Part shown: positions 25,426-34,227 of the stretch, in pieces
Numbering within the stretch: the stretch's first letter is position 1
Layout of the letters: the number at the start of each line of letters is the position of its first letter
Virus record (IMG/VR): IMGVR_UViG_3300011435_000030
Span: 1 to 38,557 of that record
Source of the DNA: a virus
Taxonomy: Duplodnaviria; Caudoviricetes
Strand: one strand, 5' to 3'
DNA length: 38,557 bases
Made by a program: the position numbers and the translations under genes
The notes under the pieces: generated by a model
The model's input: only the letters and a program-made list of their open reading frames with translations
Databases searched by the model: none
Told to the model about the DNA's origin: nothing

Positions 25426-26394
25426 CTACGTGATGCTCGAAACGACGCCGAGGCGCCGAGGGTTGAGAGTCACCAGGTTCGCCATCGTGCGGATCACGAC
25501 GGTGTCCAGTGTCTGGTTCGCCGGACGAATCGGCTCCTGCGCCTTCATCCACGAGCCGGTCTTGTAGTACAGCTTCAGGAACTTGGGGTTCAGGAAGTAG
25601 AGCGCGCCCGAGAGGCAGTCGTTGTCGTAGGACAACTTGCAGCCCTTGAACTTGAGCACTTCGTTCTTGAACGATCCGTCCCCGTTGCTCTTGTCGGTGA
25701 ACCGCTCGTTGGCGAGCAACAGTCCCTCGAAGCCCTCGAACACCGTGCGGGTGGTCACGCCGAAGCTCGGGTGATCGCCGCTGATGCCGTTTGAGCAGAG
25801 GTTGTAGTTGCTCCGCATCGCCGCCCGCAGGTTGTCGAAGGCACTCGTGGTCTGGGTGCCCGTGGTCTGCTGGTTGCGTGCGAAGGTCCACGTCGCCCGG
25901 TCAACCGCCTGCACCGTGCCCGAGGTGGGTGCGGTGGAGACGAGCAACTGGAGGCCGGTGAACACCTTGGAGCCGTTCGCGGTGCCCGCGCCGAAGAGGT
26001 CAGCGTTGAACTGGCCCTTCATGGAGTTCTTCAGGTTCTCCAGCTTCGCGGCGCGCAGGTCGAATACCTGGCCCTCGCCCGCGTTCCGATCGCTTTCGAG
26101 GTCGGAAATCAGGTAGGTGCCGGCGTACTCTTTCCACTGCGCTTCGTAGCGGTCGAACACGTCGATGCGCGTGGTGTTGATCTCGTCGGTGTCGCTGTAG
26201 GACGAGACGGTCGTGTTGAGGGCGTACTCGATCGGCACGACGATGAAATCACCGCCACCCTTGCCGATGAAGCCGTCCCCGCTCGAGAGTTGGTTAAACA
26301 GCCAGTAGTCGTCGTGAATCTGGTCTTCCGGTTTCGTCTTGACAACCGCTTCCCAATTCGCGGCTACGCGCTGTCCACCCGTTGTCGGAGGCAT
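25426..26394 (-). CDS. Major capsid protein (HK97 fold)
   Basis: 322 aa after scaffold; GG..IVVPIEY, YSDTD, F..QWK, LF..GT...FTGL, LYFLN, L...NPRRLG motifs. Confidence 0.9.
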   Translation of the reverse strand: MPPTTGGQRVAANWEAVVKTKPEDQIHDDYWLFNQLSSGDGFIGKGGGDFIVVPIEYALNTTVSSYSDTDEINTTRIDVFDRYEAQWKEYAGTYLISDLESDRNAGEGQVFDLRAAKLENLKNSMKGQFNADLFGAGTANGSKVFTGLQLLVSTAPTSGTVQAVDRATWTFARNQQTTGTQTTSAFDNLRAAMRSNYNLCSNGISGDHPSFGVTTRTVFEGFEGLLLANERFTDKSNGDGSFKNEVLKFKGCKLSYDNDCLSGALYFLNPKFLKLYYKTGSWMKAQEPIRPANQTLDTVVIRTMANLVTLNPRRLGVVSSIT

Positions 26395-26408
26395 ACGCTA
26401 GTCCGTTC

Positions 26409-27353
26409 TCACCACTTCAGATCCCGGTCGTAAAACGACTTCGGGCTGCGTGGTGTGGAGGGCGCGGCGCTCCCTGGATTGGGAGAGGTTGATGCCGCGG
26501 CCCGACGTTGCAGGTCATCCAGTTGGTCAGACTTCGCTTTCGCAATGTCCGTCGTACGGTGCGTGTCGCTGAGCTCCATGTAGATGCGATAGACCGCCGC
26601 CTTGATCTCTGCCGGATGGTCCGACGTGAGTTGTTCGGCTGCGAACCGCTTCTTGATCTCTGGCTCCAACGCTTTGAAGTCCGGTCGCTTCTGGAGGTCC
26701 GCATAGAACCCCTTGGCGAACTGCGCGGCTTCGCGGGTCTTCTGCGCGTGCTCGTTGGCCTGTCGGAGTTGATTCGCGGTTTCGACAACCGGAGCGAACT
26801 TCTGCTCCGCTTCGCCTAACCACGCCTCCTTCAGCGCCTTGAGCGGCACCGTCTGCCCACCCCCGAGGTCAATCACCAGACCATCGAGATCGGGACCGGC
26901 GGGAGCCGGAGGTGCCTGCTGCTGACGAGTCCCCAGCATCCGCGCCAACTCCGACCGCAGTTGCGGCCCGAGCTGGGGGTCTGAGGACATATCCGACAGG
27001 AGCTGCCTCGCATAGCCGAGACGGTCTGTCGAATAGAGCCGACCGATTTCCACGGCCTGCTCAATCGCCTGACGATCCGCGCTTTCTGCCCACCCGTACT
27101 GCTCTTTCCATTGCTTGAGCGCGTTCCGTTCCGTGTTCACCTCGTCAAAGCGTGAACGTGGAATGAACGGGCTCCGCTCGTCCCCTCCTGGGGGTGAATC
27201 CGCTGCGTCTGTCGCCGGCAGTGCCGCCTCCGGTGGCGTGTTCGACTGAGCAGGGCTTTCCGACGCTGGCGAGGCATCGGACGCAAAGGCTTCCGCAAAG
27301 GTCGTCGGACCCGCGGAGGCCGGTGCGCTGTTACCGCCTGAGAGTTCTTCCAT
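26409..27353 (-). CDS. Capsid scaffolding protein
   Basis: Acidic Pro-rich N-terminus, IPRSRFDEVN coiled coil; between portal and MCP. Confidence 0.8.
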   Translation of the reverse strand: MEELSGGNSAPASAGPTTFAEAFASDASPASESPAQSNTPPEAALPATDAADSPPGGDERSPFIPRSRFDEVNTERNALKQWKEQYGWAESADRQAIEQAVEIGRLYSTDRLGYARQLLSDMSSDPQLGPQLRSELARMLGTRQQQAPPAPAGPDLDGLVIDLGGGQTVPLKALKEAWLGEAEQKFAPVVETANQLRQANEHAQKTREAAQFAKGFYADLQKRPDFKALEPEIKKRFAAEQLTSDHPAEIKAAVYRIYMELSDTHRTTDIAKAKSDQLDDLQRRAAASTSPNPGSAAPSTPRSPKSFYDRDLKW

Positions 27354-27394
27354 TCGTTCCTTACTCGCTCTTCCGCTGGCGAGTCCGCGAAAAG

Positions 27395-27535
27395 TGAAGC
27401 AACAACAAAAAAGGCGCCATGAACGGGGACCGAAGTCCCAATCCACAGCGCCTTCGTCTGTGTTGCCTCTTTGTCAGCGTGACGTGCGGAGGCTCGCACT
27501 TATCGGAGTAGCTGGCCGGCCACCCCTAGTCACAC
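27395..27535 (-). promoter_or_regulatory. Structured RNA leader / terminator B upstream of scaffold-capsid genes
   Basis: Three-way-junction-like stems (27477-27535), then AAGGCGC..GGGAC-UUCG-GTCCC..GCGCCTT hairpin plus T run. Confidence 0.7.
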
Positions 27536-27549
27536 CGTCAAACTCAAAA

Positions 27550-27660
27550 CTACGGCTTTATCTTCTTCTCCTGCGGCGGCTCAAACGTGCGCCCACACTT
27601 CGCGCAAATCACCACGCCGCTCGGGCGCGTATACGGATACGGCACCGCACACACGCACAT
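27550..27660 (-). CDS. 36-aa zinc-ribbon protein (not in ORF track as such)
   Basis: MCVCAVPYPYTRPSGVVICAKCGRTFEPPQEKKIKP; TGATG coupling. Confidence 0.6.
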   Translation of the reverse strand: MCVCAVPYPYTRPSGVVICAKCGRTFEPPQEKKIKP

Positions 27661-28055
27661 CAGTCCGCTCGCCCCGTGTCGCGTAGCCGCTCGTCGTGCA
27701 TCCGCCGCTGCTTGGCGTAGTAGGCACTGTCGTGCCGCACCACGTTCTCCAGCCCACGCGCCGCGACTTCCCGCTTCCACTGGCTCTTGCTCTCGATGTA
27801 GACCTCGTCGTGGCCCATCGTGTCGAACATCCGCGGGCCGCCCTCGATCTGGTCGTCAATCACCGCCACGCCCGCATAGGGGAAGCCGTGAGGACAGAAC
27901 GGCCACTCACCAATCTGGAGCGGTCGATAGCAGCGGTCGCAGGCCGCCTCAAGAGTCCCATTGCAGTCCGCGCATCTGCCGGTATTGAACCGGCGCAGGG
28001 ACGCCTCAAGTTCGGTCGTGATGCGACCGCACCCCGCGCAACAACGCACGCTCAC
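27660..28055 (-). CDS. Zn-ribbon protein typical between portal and scaffold
   Basis: CxxC pairs; IESKSQWKREV...GL motif. Confidence 0.7.
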   Translation of the reverse strand: MSVRCCAGCGRITTELEASLRRFNTGRCADCNGTLEAACDRCYRPLQIGEWPFCPHGFPYAGVAVIDDQIEGGPRMFDTMGHDEVYIESKSQWKREVAARGLENVVRHDSAYYAKQRRMHDERLRDTGRAD

Positions 28056-30106
28056 TGCAGAAGCCCCCCACCAGCCCCCATAGCCGCGTTTCCGCCAATG
28101 CCCTGCATCCCGCCGGTCTGATCTGCAGAATGCTTACTCAGGCTCTCCTGCGGCGCCAGCTTCCCGCCGTGCTCGGTCTGGCCCTTGGCCTGCGCCTGCG
28201 CGGTTTCGGCCTGCGCGTTCACCGCCGCCAGGATGGCTCCCAGCGCCTTGGTCTGCGCCTGCGCCTCGGCGCTGATCTCCAAGCCGAGCTGCTTGGCAAT
28301 CTCGAAAATCACGGGCGCCTGCGGCCCGACGAAGTCCTCGCCCTTGATGGCGATGCTCAGCTTCGGCGGCTCCGGCTTCGGCGGATCGGGCGGAAACACA
28401 ATCCCCTCGGGATTGATGTGGTGTTTCCGCAGCAGCTTCTCCAGCAGCTTCGGCCGGCCCTTCTGGATGAACGGATCGTTCGCTAGGAACGAATACAGGT
28501 CTACCGCCGTCTTCCGATCGACCGCCTGATCCACCCGGAGCGCACTATCCGGCATGGCCGTGAACGCCAAGGCGCTCGGCACCACCTTGCGCCACTGGTC
28601 CCAGATCGCGGCCCGCGCCTGCCCGACAATCTGCGCCGCTTCCTCCACCGGGAAGTACCGCTGCACCAGCGTGGAGTACTTCGTGACCCCTTGCAGATAC
28701 CGCTTCAGGAGAATGCCGCGCTCTTTCTCGATCCGCGCGTTCGCGTTCGCCTGCTGCAACTGATCCGCAGTCGCCGTCCGGCTGTCGCCCTGCACGCCCA
28801 ACTGCTGCGCGTCAATCCCCAGCGTCCGCGCGATGTCGTTGTCGATGTAGTCATTCGCAATGAACGACTCGCGGGGCATCGAGCCCTGCGGCAACTCCAC
28901 CAGGTTGTTCTCCAGCGGAAACGCCTCGTCCGGCAGCGGGATCATCCCGCCAATGGGCGAGCGGACGATCTTCTCCATCGCCTCCTGCGGGATGGCTGAG
29001 GCCCGGAAGCCCCACTTGAGCAGCACCGCATCGCGGAACTGCGTCTGCTGCGTGCGGAACACGTTCAGTTCCCGCTCGAGCGGCCGGATCATCGTGCCGT
29101 CAGACGAGGGATACGCCGTATCCGCCAGCTTCCGCACCGAGAACGGATGGATCGGGTTCCCGATCAGGCTGTCCGGGGTCAACTGGCCGCGCCCGTCCAG
29201 CGTCTGATGCGGGCTGTCCATCTCGATGACCGGCTCTTCGATGCCGTCCACCAATACCACTAGCGAGAAGTGGTCAGGGTGGAACACGTCCTCGCGGAAC
29301 AGCATCGAGCGATACCAGAGAATCGCCCCCGTGAACGTGTCCTCGCTCGGCGCCGTGTCCCCGCCGTGCTCGTAGTGCTGCTTGGAACTGCCCTTGTTCC
29401 CCTCAAACTCGTCCGGGATGTTGAACTTCTTCCGGTTCGCCACGGTCAGCGGCAACTCAAACTGCCGGCCCAGCCAGGGCGCTTTGTCCCACTTCGTGCT
29501 GCGGAACGAGTGCGGGATCAGCATCTGCTTGCCCGAGAAATGCTCCCAGAAGCAGTGCTGCTTCACCGGCACCGGCACCATCACCGGCTCACCAGTCATC
29601 GGATCGACCGCTGGCTCCTCACCCACCTGCTGCCCCGTCAGCGGGTCCAGAACCGGCTGCATCTGCGGCACGTCGATGGTGAAGGACTCGTACCCGATCT
29701 CCGTGCAACCGAACGCCTGCGTGCAGATGAGGTCGAACATGACGTCGTCCATCATCTCCGCGACGTCTACCCCGTCCTCGCCCAACTGCTCGTTAATGAT
29801 CTCCTCATGCGCCGCCAGTGGGCTCGGCACCGGCTGGCCGTCAGGCCCGATCGGGGGCTGGCCCTCCATCAGCGGGGTCGGGTTCAGCGTCACGTCCGGT
29901 CGCTTGCAGAACAGATCCGCCTTCTTGCGCTCCGTCAGCGTGAACGTGCGGTTCGTGCTGATCTCCGCACCATAGCCCTCGGGCGTCTTGTTGATCGGGG
30001 CATACGCCGCGAGATTGGCGTCCCACCAAGGTTCATACGTCGCCCTTCGAGCCAGGGCCAACTCGACCTGCTTGTTCCAGAAGGCGCCGCCCTTAGACTG
30101 AATCAT
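28052..30106 (-). CDS. Portal protein
   Basis: About 684 aa after terL; LGIDAQQLG..RTAT..Q motif; Gln/Pro-rich C-terminus. Confidence 0.9.
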   Translation of the reverse strand: MIQSKGGAFWNKQVELALARRATYEPWWDANLAAYAPINKTPEGYGAEISTNRTFTLTERKKADLFCKRPDVTLNPTPLMEGQPPIGPDGQPVPSPLAAHEEIINEQLGEDGVDVAEMMDDVMFDLICTQAFGCTEIGYESFTIDVPQMQPVLDPLTGQQVGEEPAVDPMTGEPVMVPVPVKQHCFWEHFSGKQMLIPHSFRSTKWDKAPWLGRQFELPLTVANRKKFNIPDEFEGNKGSSKQHYEHGGDTAPSEDTFTGAILWYRSMLFREDVFHPDHFSLVVLVDGIEEPVIEMDSPHQTLDGRGQLTPDSLIGNPIHPFSVRKLADTAYPSSDGTMIRPLERELNVFRTQQTQFRDAVLLKWGFRASAIPQEAMEKIVRSPIGGMIPLPDEAFPLENNLVELPQGSMPRESFIANDYIDNDIARTLGIDAQQLGVQGDSRTATADQLQQANANARIEKERGILLKRYLQGVTKYSTLVQRYFPVEEAAQIVGQARAAIWDQWRKVVPSALAFTAMPDSALRVDQAVDRKTAVDLYSFLANDPFIQKGRPKLLEKLLRKHHINPEGIVFPPDPPKPEPPKLSIAIKGEDFVGPQAPVIFEIAKQLGLEISAEAQAQTKALGAILAAVNAQAETAQAQAKGQTEHGGKLAPQESLSKHSADQTGGMQGIGGNAAMGAGGGLLQ

Positions 30107-30483
30107 CCGAGACTCACCGCCTCCACGACGCGCATCTGCCACCCGCGCAGGGCCGGATCTATCGTCACCGCCGCGCCCTTGAATTTCAGCGCATTCTTGA
30201 ACGCCGTGTCTCCACTGACGCCACCGGCCACACAGAACCGCTCACATGGCAACAGTTCACTCTCAAACGCCGCGTGCAGGCCGGGACTGACGTGCAGGAG
30301 CCTTGGGAACGCCCGATGCTTCGCGGAGTATTCGTTGTAGACCTTCCGCATGTACTGGAGCGCAAGGCACTTCCCGGCCTGTACCGTATCCAGCGCGGCA
30401 ATCGCCGCCTTCGGGACAGCCGCCAGCGCCAGCGCTGCCGTAACACCAACCCCGAACCGCTTCAGAAAGCCGCGTCTATTCAC
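30103..30483 (-). CDS. Tat-signal protein containing a major-capsid-like fragment
   Basis: MNRRGFLK twin-arginine motif plus h-region; body aligns by eye to the MCP segment MRSNYN...FKNEVLKFKG. Confidence 0.8.
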   Translation of the reverse strand: MNRRGFLKRFGVGVTAALALAAVPKAAIAALDTVQAGKCLALQYMRKVYNEYSAKHRAFPRLLHVSPGLHAAFESELLPCERFCVAGGVSGDTAFKNALKFKGAAVTIDPALRGWQMRVVEAVSLG

Positions 30484-32024
30484 CGCGCCAACACCCCTCT
30501 CGGCTGACTACTCATCTGCGATTTCACCCAGCCCATCGTCCACGGCTTGGCCGGCGCCTTCGCGCCGCCCAGTGTCCCCGGTGCCGGCCGCGACATACAG
30601 AAGTACCGCAGCGCATCCCCCGCGTGGTCCTCGCCGTCCGTATCCACGTCCTCCGGCTTGTTCTTGTCGCTGACCAAGCTCGGAATCGTCCGCGCCGTAT
30701 ACGTGCAGTGCGGAGACGCCGTGAACCAGGGTTGCCCGTCAGGACTCACCCGGAACCAATGCCGCATCCGCTGCCACCCGTTCAGCCGATCCTTGTCCGA
30801 CTGCTGCATCGGCACCCCGTGCCGCGAGAACGTTTCCGCAATCGACTCGCCCGTCTGACTGTCCGGCGTCCACATCGCCGTGTCCCCGACCGTGTAGCGG
30901 ACCTTTATGCCTCGGTCCATGCTTCGCCGCTTGATTTCCTTAGCCACGTCGGAGGCCACGGTGCGGGTGAAGACGTACTCATCCTCAAGGTAGACACGGC
31001 CTTCGGGCAAGAGGACAAACCAACCACAGATACCGGGCTTGACGAAGCCCCAATCCACCGCACAAACCCGTGGAATGTCGGCGTCGTAGGTAATGTGCTC
31101 AGGTGATACATGCGTCTTTCGTCTGAACTCCGGGAAATACTGGCCGGGAAAGATGTCCCAATCCCCTTCCCGATACGCCCGCCGCAACTCCGGCGGCAGC
31201 GCCAGCAGCTTCTTCTCGTAACTCGCGTCGAGATACGGGTTGTCCTCCAACCGGCTCGGAAGATACGCGTAATCCTCAGGCCGATAGTCCGGGTACTCGT
31301 CCAGATCCACCGTCTTGTCGATGAACCGGCTCCGAACCCAATGACTCTGTGGTCCGCCAGGGTTTGTGCCACTCAGCACACGAGGAGTCACCCCTGGCTT
31401 GCTGGTTCTGGCCCTCGATCCAATCAGGAGAAACTGGCTCTCCTCGAACGTCACCAGCTCGTCAAACAGAATCAGGTCGTATTCCGCCGAGAGATACCGC
31501 GCCGCATCCGCCGTCGTCTGGCAATGCCCGAACTGAATCACCGACCCGTTCGGGAACCGCACCACGTTCGCACTTGGGACCGCCTGTGCGCCAAAACGAG
31601 GCGCCTCCAACTCCGCGTCCCTGAGATGCGTCTGCTCCAACTCCCCGTAGGTCCGCCGCAGCAGCAGAACCCGAAAGCCAGTAACCCTGAGACATTCCTG
31701 ATACGCATACTGCCGCAGCGCCTTGCTTTTTGATCCGCCCGCCGCCCCGCCAAACAGCACATACGGCGCCGGACACTCGAAAAAGTCCACCTGCCGGGGC
31801 AACGGCACAAACAAGACTTCCGCCTTGCCCCCCTTCAACTGCGCCACCAGCGCGTGCTTCACCTGCCGCTGCCAGCACGCCTCCTGCCCACACAGCCACT
31901 GCGGCGACCCCTTGACCAATCCCCGCACAAACGGCCCGCCACACCAGCTACAGCGGGCGAGGGGGTGCGTCTCTGCTACTGCGCCAGCCACGCCATCAGC
32001 CCAGTCTCCGAAAACGCCGGACAC
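30480..32024 (-). CDS. terL: Terminase large subunit
   Basis: Walker A GGAAGGSKS, Walker B LILFDEL, coupling motif GTNPGG, nuclease VDWG and DH.GDALRY. Confidence 0.95.
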   Translation of the reverse strand: MSGVFGDWADGVAGAVAETHPLARCSWCGGPFVRGLVKGSPQWLCGQEACWQRQVKHALVAQLKGGKAEVLFVPLPRQVDFFECPAPYVLFGGAAGGSKSKALRQYAYQECLRVTGFRVLLLRRTYGELEQTHLRDAELEAPRFGAQAVPSANVVRFPNGSVIQFGHCQTTADAARYLSAEYDLILFDELVTFEESQFLLIGSRARTSKPGVTPRVLSGTNPGGPQSHWVRSRFIDKTVDLDEYPDYRPEDYAYLPSRLEDNPYLDASYEKKLLALPPELRRAYREGDWDIFPGQYFPEFRRKTHVSPEHITYDADIPRVCAVDWGFVKPGICGWFVLLPEGRVYLEDEYVFTRTVASDVAKEIKRRSMDRGIKVRYTVGDTAMWTPDSQTGESIAETFSRHGVPMQQSDKDRLNGWQRMRHWFRVSPDGQPWFTASPHCTYTARTIPSLVSDKNKPEDVDTDGEDHAGDALRYFCMSRPAPGTLGGAKAPAKPWTMGWVKSQMSSQPRGVLAR

Positions 32025-32248
32025 GGCTTCGGCTTCGGCTCAGCCCCAGGCTTCACATCCCGCGACGGGTGCCGCCGCCAGTCCGTCTCGCCCGTGCGGT
32101 AGTTCCAGAGCCGGACAAACGCCTGACCCTTCCACCACCCCACCGTCAGCGGCCTTCTCCCATAGCCAGTCAGCGTCAAGGCACGTTCCCACGCCTCTGC
32201 CACCACCTGGCCCGCGTTAGGGTTAGGCAGCGCCGCCCCCAGGGACAT
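31976..32248 (-). CDS. Hypothetical protein
   Basis: 90 aa between terS and terL. Confidence 0.5.
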   Translation of the reverse strand: MSLGAALPNPNAGQVVAEAWERALTLTGYGRRPLTVGWWKGQAFVRLWNYRTGETDWRRHPSRDVKPGAEPKPKPCPAFSETGLMAWLAQ

Positions 32249-32426
32249 CCGCGCCCACGTCCATGTCCTCCACCACCCTGACCCGACCGCACCGGCAGGC
32301 CCACAACTCGATGTTGGCCCTTTTTACTTCCAGCCCGCCGCCGCAGGAGCAGCTGGCCCCAGCAGAAACAGCTGGCCTTTGATCGGCCAGCCCCTCCGAC
32401 CGCTGAGGCTTGTCTGGCTCACTCAT
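32223..32426 (-). CDS. Small Zn-ribbon protein
   Basis: MSEPDK...CSCGG...WACRCG. Confidence 0.5.
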   Translation of the reverse strand: MSEPDKPQRSEGLADQRPAVSAGASCSCGGGLEVKRANIELWACRCGRVRVVEDMDVGADVPGGGAA

Positions 32427-32637
32427 AGCGCACCGGGATGACAACGGCCTCGCCCTCGTGCCAGTGCTCCCAGAGACCACACCCAAAGGCCAACTCCAAC
32501 AGTGGGTCAGGCTGATTCCAGGGACACGCCTTGTCCTTGCACACCCTTTGATCTGCACCGCCAGCCGACCGCTGAGAGGCCACCGCTCCCGGGGGTAGGG
32601 TCCCCTTCGGATCGCGCGCCGGGTTTGGGCTGCTCAT
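32419..32637 (-). CDS. Hypothetical Cys-containing protein
   Basis: 72 aa, AGGA RBS. Confidence 0.45.
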   Translation of the reverse strand: MSSPNPARDPKGTLPPGAVASQRSAGGADQRVCKDKACPWNQPDPLLELAFGCGLWEHWHEGEAVVIPVRYE

Positions 32638-32700
32638 GCTATCCTGCTGCGATGCGTGTCAACCTTGTGCCTTAGTCATTGCGTATCAATGAGTTAAGTC

Positions 32701-32728
32701 GGTTAACATAATCTACCTTATCAGACAC
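32701..32728 (-). other. dif-like XerC/XerD site 2
   Basis: - strand GTGTCTGATAA-GGTAGA-TTATGTTAACC versus E. coli dif GGTGCGCATAA-TGTATA-TTATGTTAAAT (XerD arm 9/11); intergenic and AT-rich. Confidence 0.8.
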
Positions 32729-32756
32729 AGTGCCCAATCATTGGGCTTTCTGCGTA

Positions 32757-33203
32757 TTACTCGGGCAGTGCTTGGACTTTCGCCCCATCCAGTGCGAGCT
32801 TGACGTCGCCATCCCTCACGCCGATCTGTATCAGCACCTTGGGCGTATTGCTCTCATCGTCACGCTTGCGCCACCTAGTAGGCCATCTCCGCTCCGCAAA
32901 CGTGGCATGTTTGGCCCAAAATGCGCCTGATTCCTTCCATTCCCGGGTATTGCCGATCTCAGCCCAAGCTTCCGCGCCTTTTACAGCGTCCCAGAACAGG
33001 GCATGGGCGCTGTCTACATTGCCTGCTAGGTGATCAGCCTCACCCTGTTCTAACCAGCGGTAGAAGCTGGACTTGCCTATCCTCAGGGCGTTAGCTACTG
33101 TCTCGATGTAGTGGCCTTCCCTGACGAGTGCTGCAGCTTCTGCCGCGAGTGCTTCAGTCAGTATGGTGGGCCGGCCGTTCGGGTTATTGCTTGGCTTACC
33201 CAT
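32757..33203 (-). CDS. terS: Terminase small subunit (putative)
   Basis: GRPT..T, HTH (IETVANALRIGKSSFYRWLEQG), F.DAVK.AEA, W...A..ERRWP..W; upstream of terL. Confidence 0.8.
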   Translation of the reverse strand: MGKPSNNPNGRPTILTEALAAEAAALVREGHYIETVANALRIGKSSFYRWLEQGEADHLAGNVDSAHALFWDAVKGAEAWAEIGNTREWKESGAFWAKHATFAERRWPTRWRKRDDESNTPKVLIQIGVRDGDVKLALDGAKVQALPE

Positions 33204-33435
33204 GCCAGCCCCTGATCGGCGTACGGCGCCGCTGGTCTGTACAGGTGTGGAGGGTTGCCCCGAGGAGCTGCTGGGGGCCGGGCTGCGTGGTGGCCGGCAC
33301 TGAGCACCAACGATTCCAATAGTTACGCTTGGTTAGCTTCAGGGCCAGCCGAATCGGCAGCGCACAGCGGGTACATGCCTTGACTGTATCCAAGACCCGG
33401 ACATGGAGTTGCCCTGGTAAATCGGATGTTCGCAT
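33196..33435 (-). CDS. Small Cys/His Zn-binding protein, first gene of the late operon
   Basis: CTRC..., H.C motif. Confidence 0.55.
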   Translation of the reverse strand: MRTSDLPGQLHVRVLDTVKACTRCALPIRLALKLTKRNYWNRWCSVPATTQPGPQQLLGATLHTCTDQRRRTPIRGWHG

Positions 33436-33551
33436 GCTCTGCTATACATTAAGAGGACATGGGCGGACTTGTCTATTAGGTGTATAGCGATAAACGCGAT
33501 ACACACGATATGGGGGTCTGAGAATTATTTAGTGTGAGTGCTGATTTATGC

Positions 33552-33580
33552 TTGACAGCTAGCAAGGGCGGGCGTATCTT
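33552..33580 (+). promoter_or_regulatory. Strong sigma70-type promoter for the + strand early cassette
   Basis: TTGACA-17 bp-TATCTT with AT-rich upstream sequence. Confidence 0.8.
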
Positions 33581-33628
33581 TCATCCATCGCACGGCAATC
33601 ACGCCACCCTAGACAGGGGGAGCGCAGG

Positions 33629-33784
33629 ATGTTGACCTTAACCCTTATCGCCGCCCGTCACGAACTCGTCGCCGCAGCCTCTAGCAATGTGCAGTGGATG
33701 CTCGCGCTTCTCATCCTGGTAGAACTCACGGTAGAGTTTGGCCTAGCAGTAATGGCGACCAGCCCGCGCAACGAATACCGATAA
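33629..33784 (+). CDS. 51-aa membrane peptide (not in ORF track)
   Basis: MLTLTLIAARHELVAAASSNVQWMLALLILVELTVEFGLAVMATSPRNEYR; GGGGGAG RBS. Confidence 0.5.
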   Translation: MLTLTLIAARHELVAAASSNVQWMLALLILVELTVEFGLAVMATSPRNEYR

Positions 33785-33826
33785 ATCGCACCGGCAATCA
33801 CGCCGACCTTGAAAGGTTGAGAGCAG

Positions 33827-34183
33827 ATGGCTAGAAAAGAATCGGCAGCAGCAATCCTGGCAGAGCGCAATACACTCCGCACCCGTGAGCACATCCTGAG
33901 CATCGCCTACCTCGAATCCGCCGATGCCACCTATCGGCACCGCATTGGCCGAGACGTCTACACATGGAAGGCCTACAGGCTGGAGGGCGCCGAGGGCGGT
34001 TTGGTGGTCTGCTACTTCGATGGATTCGCCAACCGTAAGCCGTCCATGTTCTACGTTGAGCGGCTGGACACGGCAGCGCAGCAGGTTCGGGAGCACGGTT
34101 GGGCCGTTCTCAGCGAATCCGGCATGTGCGATGCGGTGCAACAGTTCACGACGAAGCGCGGCGAGCTGACCGCAGCCGCGTAA
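33827..34183 (+). CDS. Hypothetical early protein
   Basis: 118 aa, GAAAGG RBS. Confidence 0.75.
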   Translation: MARKESAAAILAERNTLRTREHILSIAYLESADATYRHRIGRDVYTWKAYRLEGAEGGLVVCYFDGFANRKPSMFYVERLDTAAQQVREHGWAVLSESGMCDAVQQFTTKRGELTAAA

Positions 34184-34227
34184 CCTTCAACAATTCACGC
34201 TCTTTGCAGAAAGGCAAGGGTAAGCAG

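Noticed and set aside
4077-32281. Many long + strand ORFs (e.g. 5039-6001, 23873-24736, 29270-30340)
   Set aside because: Antisense shadows of GC-rich - strand genes; no motifs or RBS
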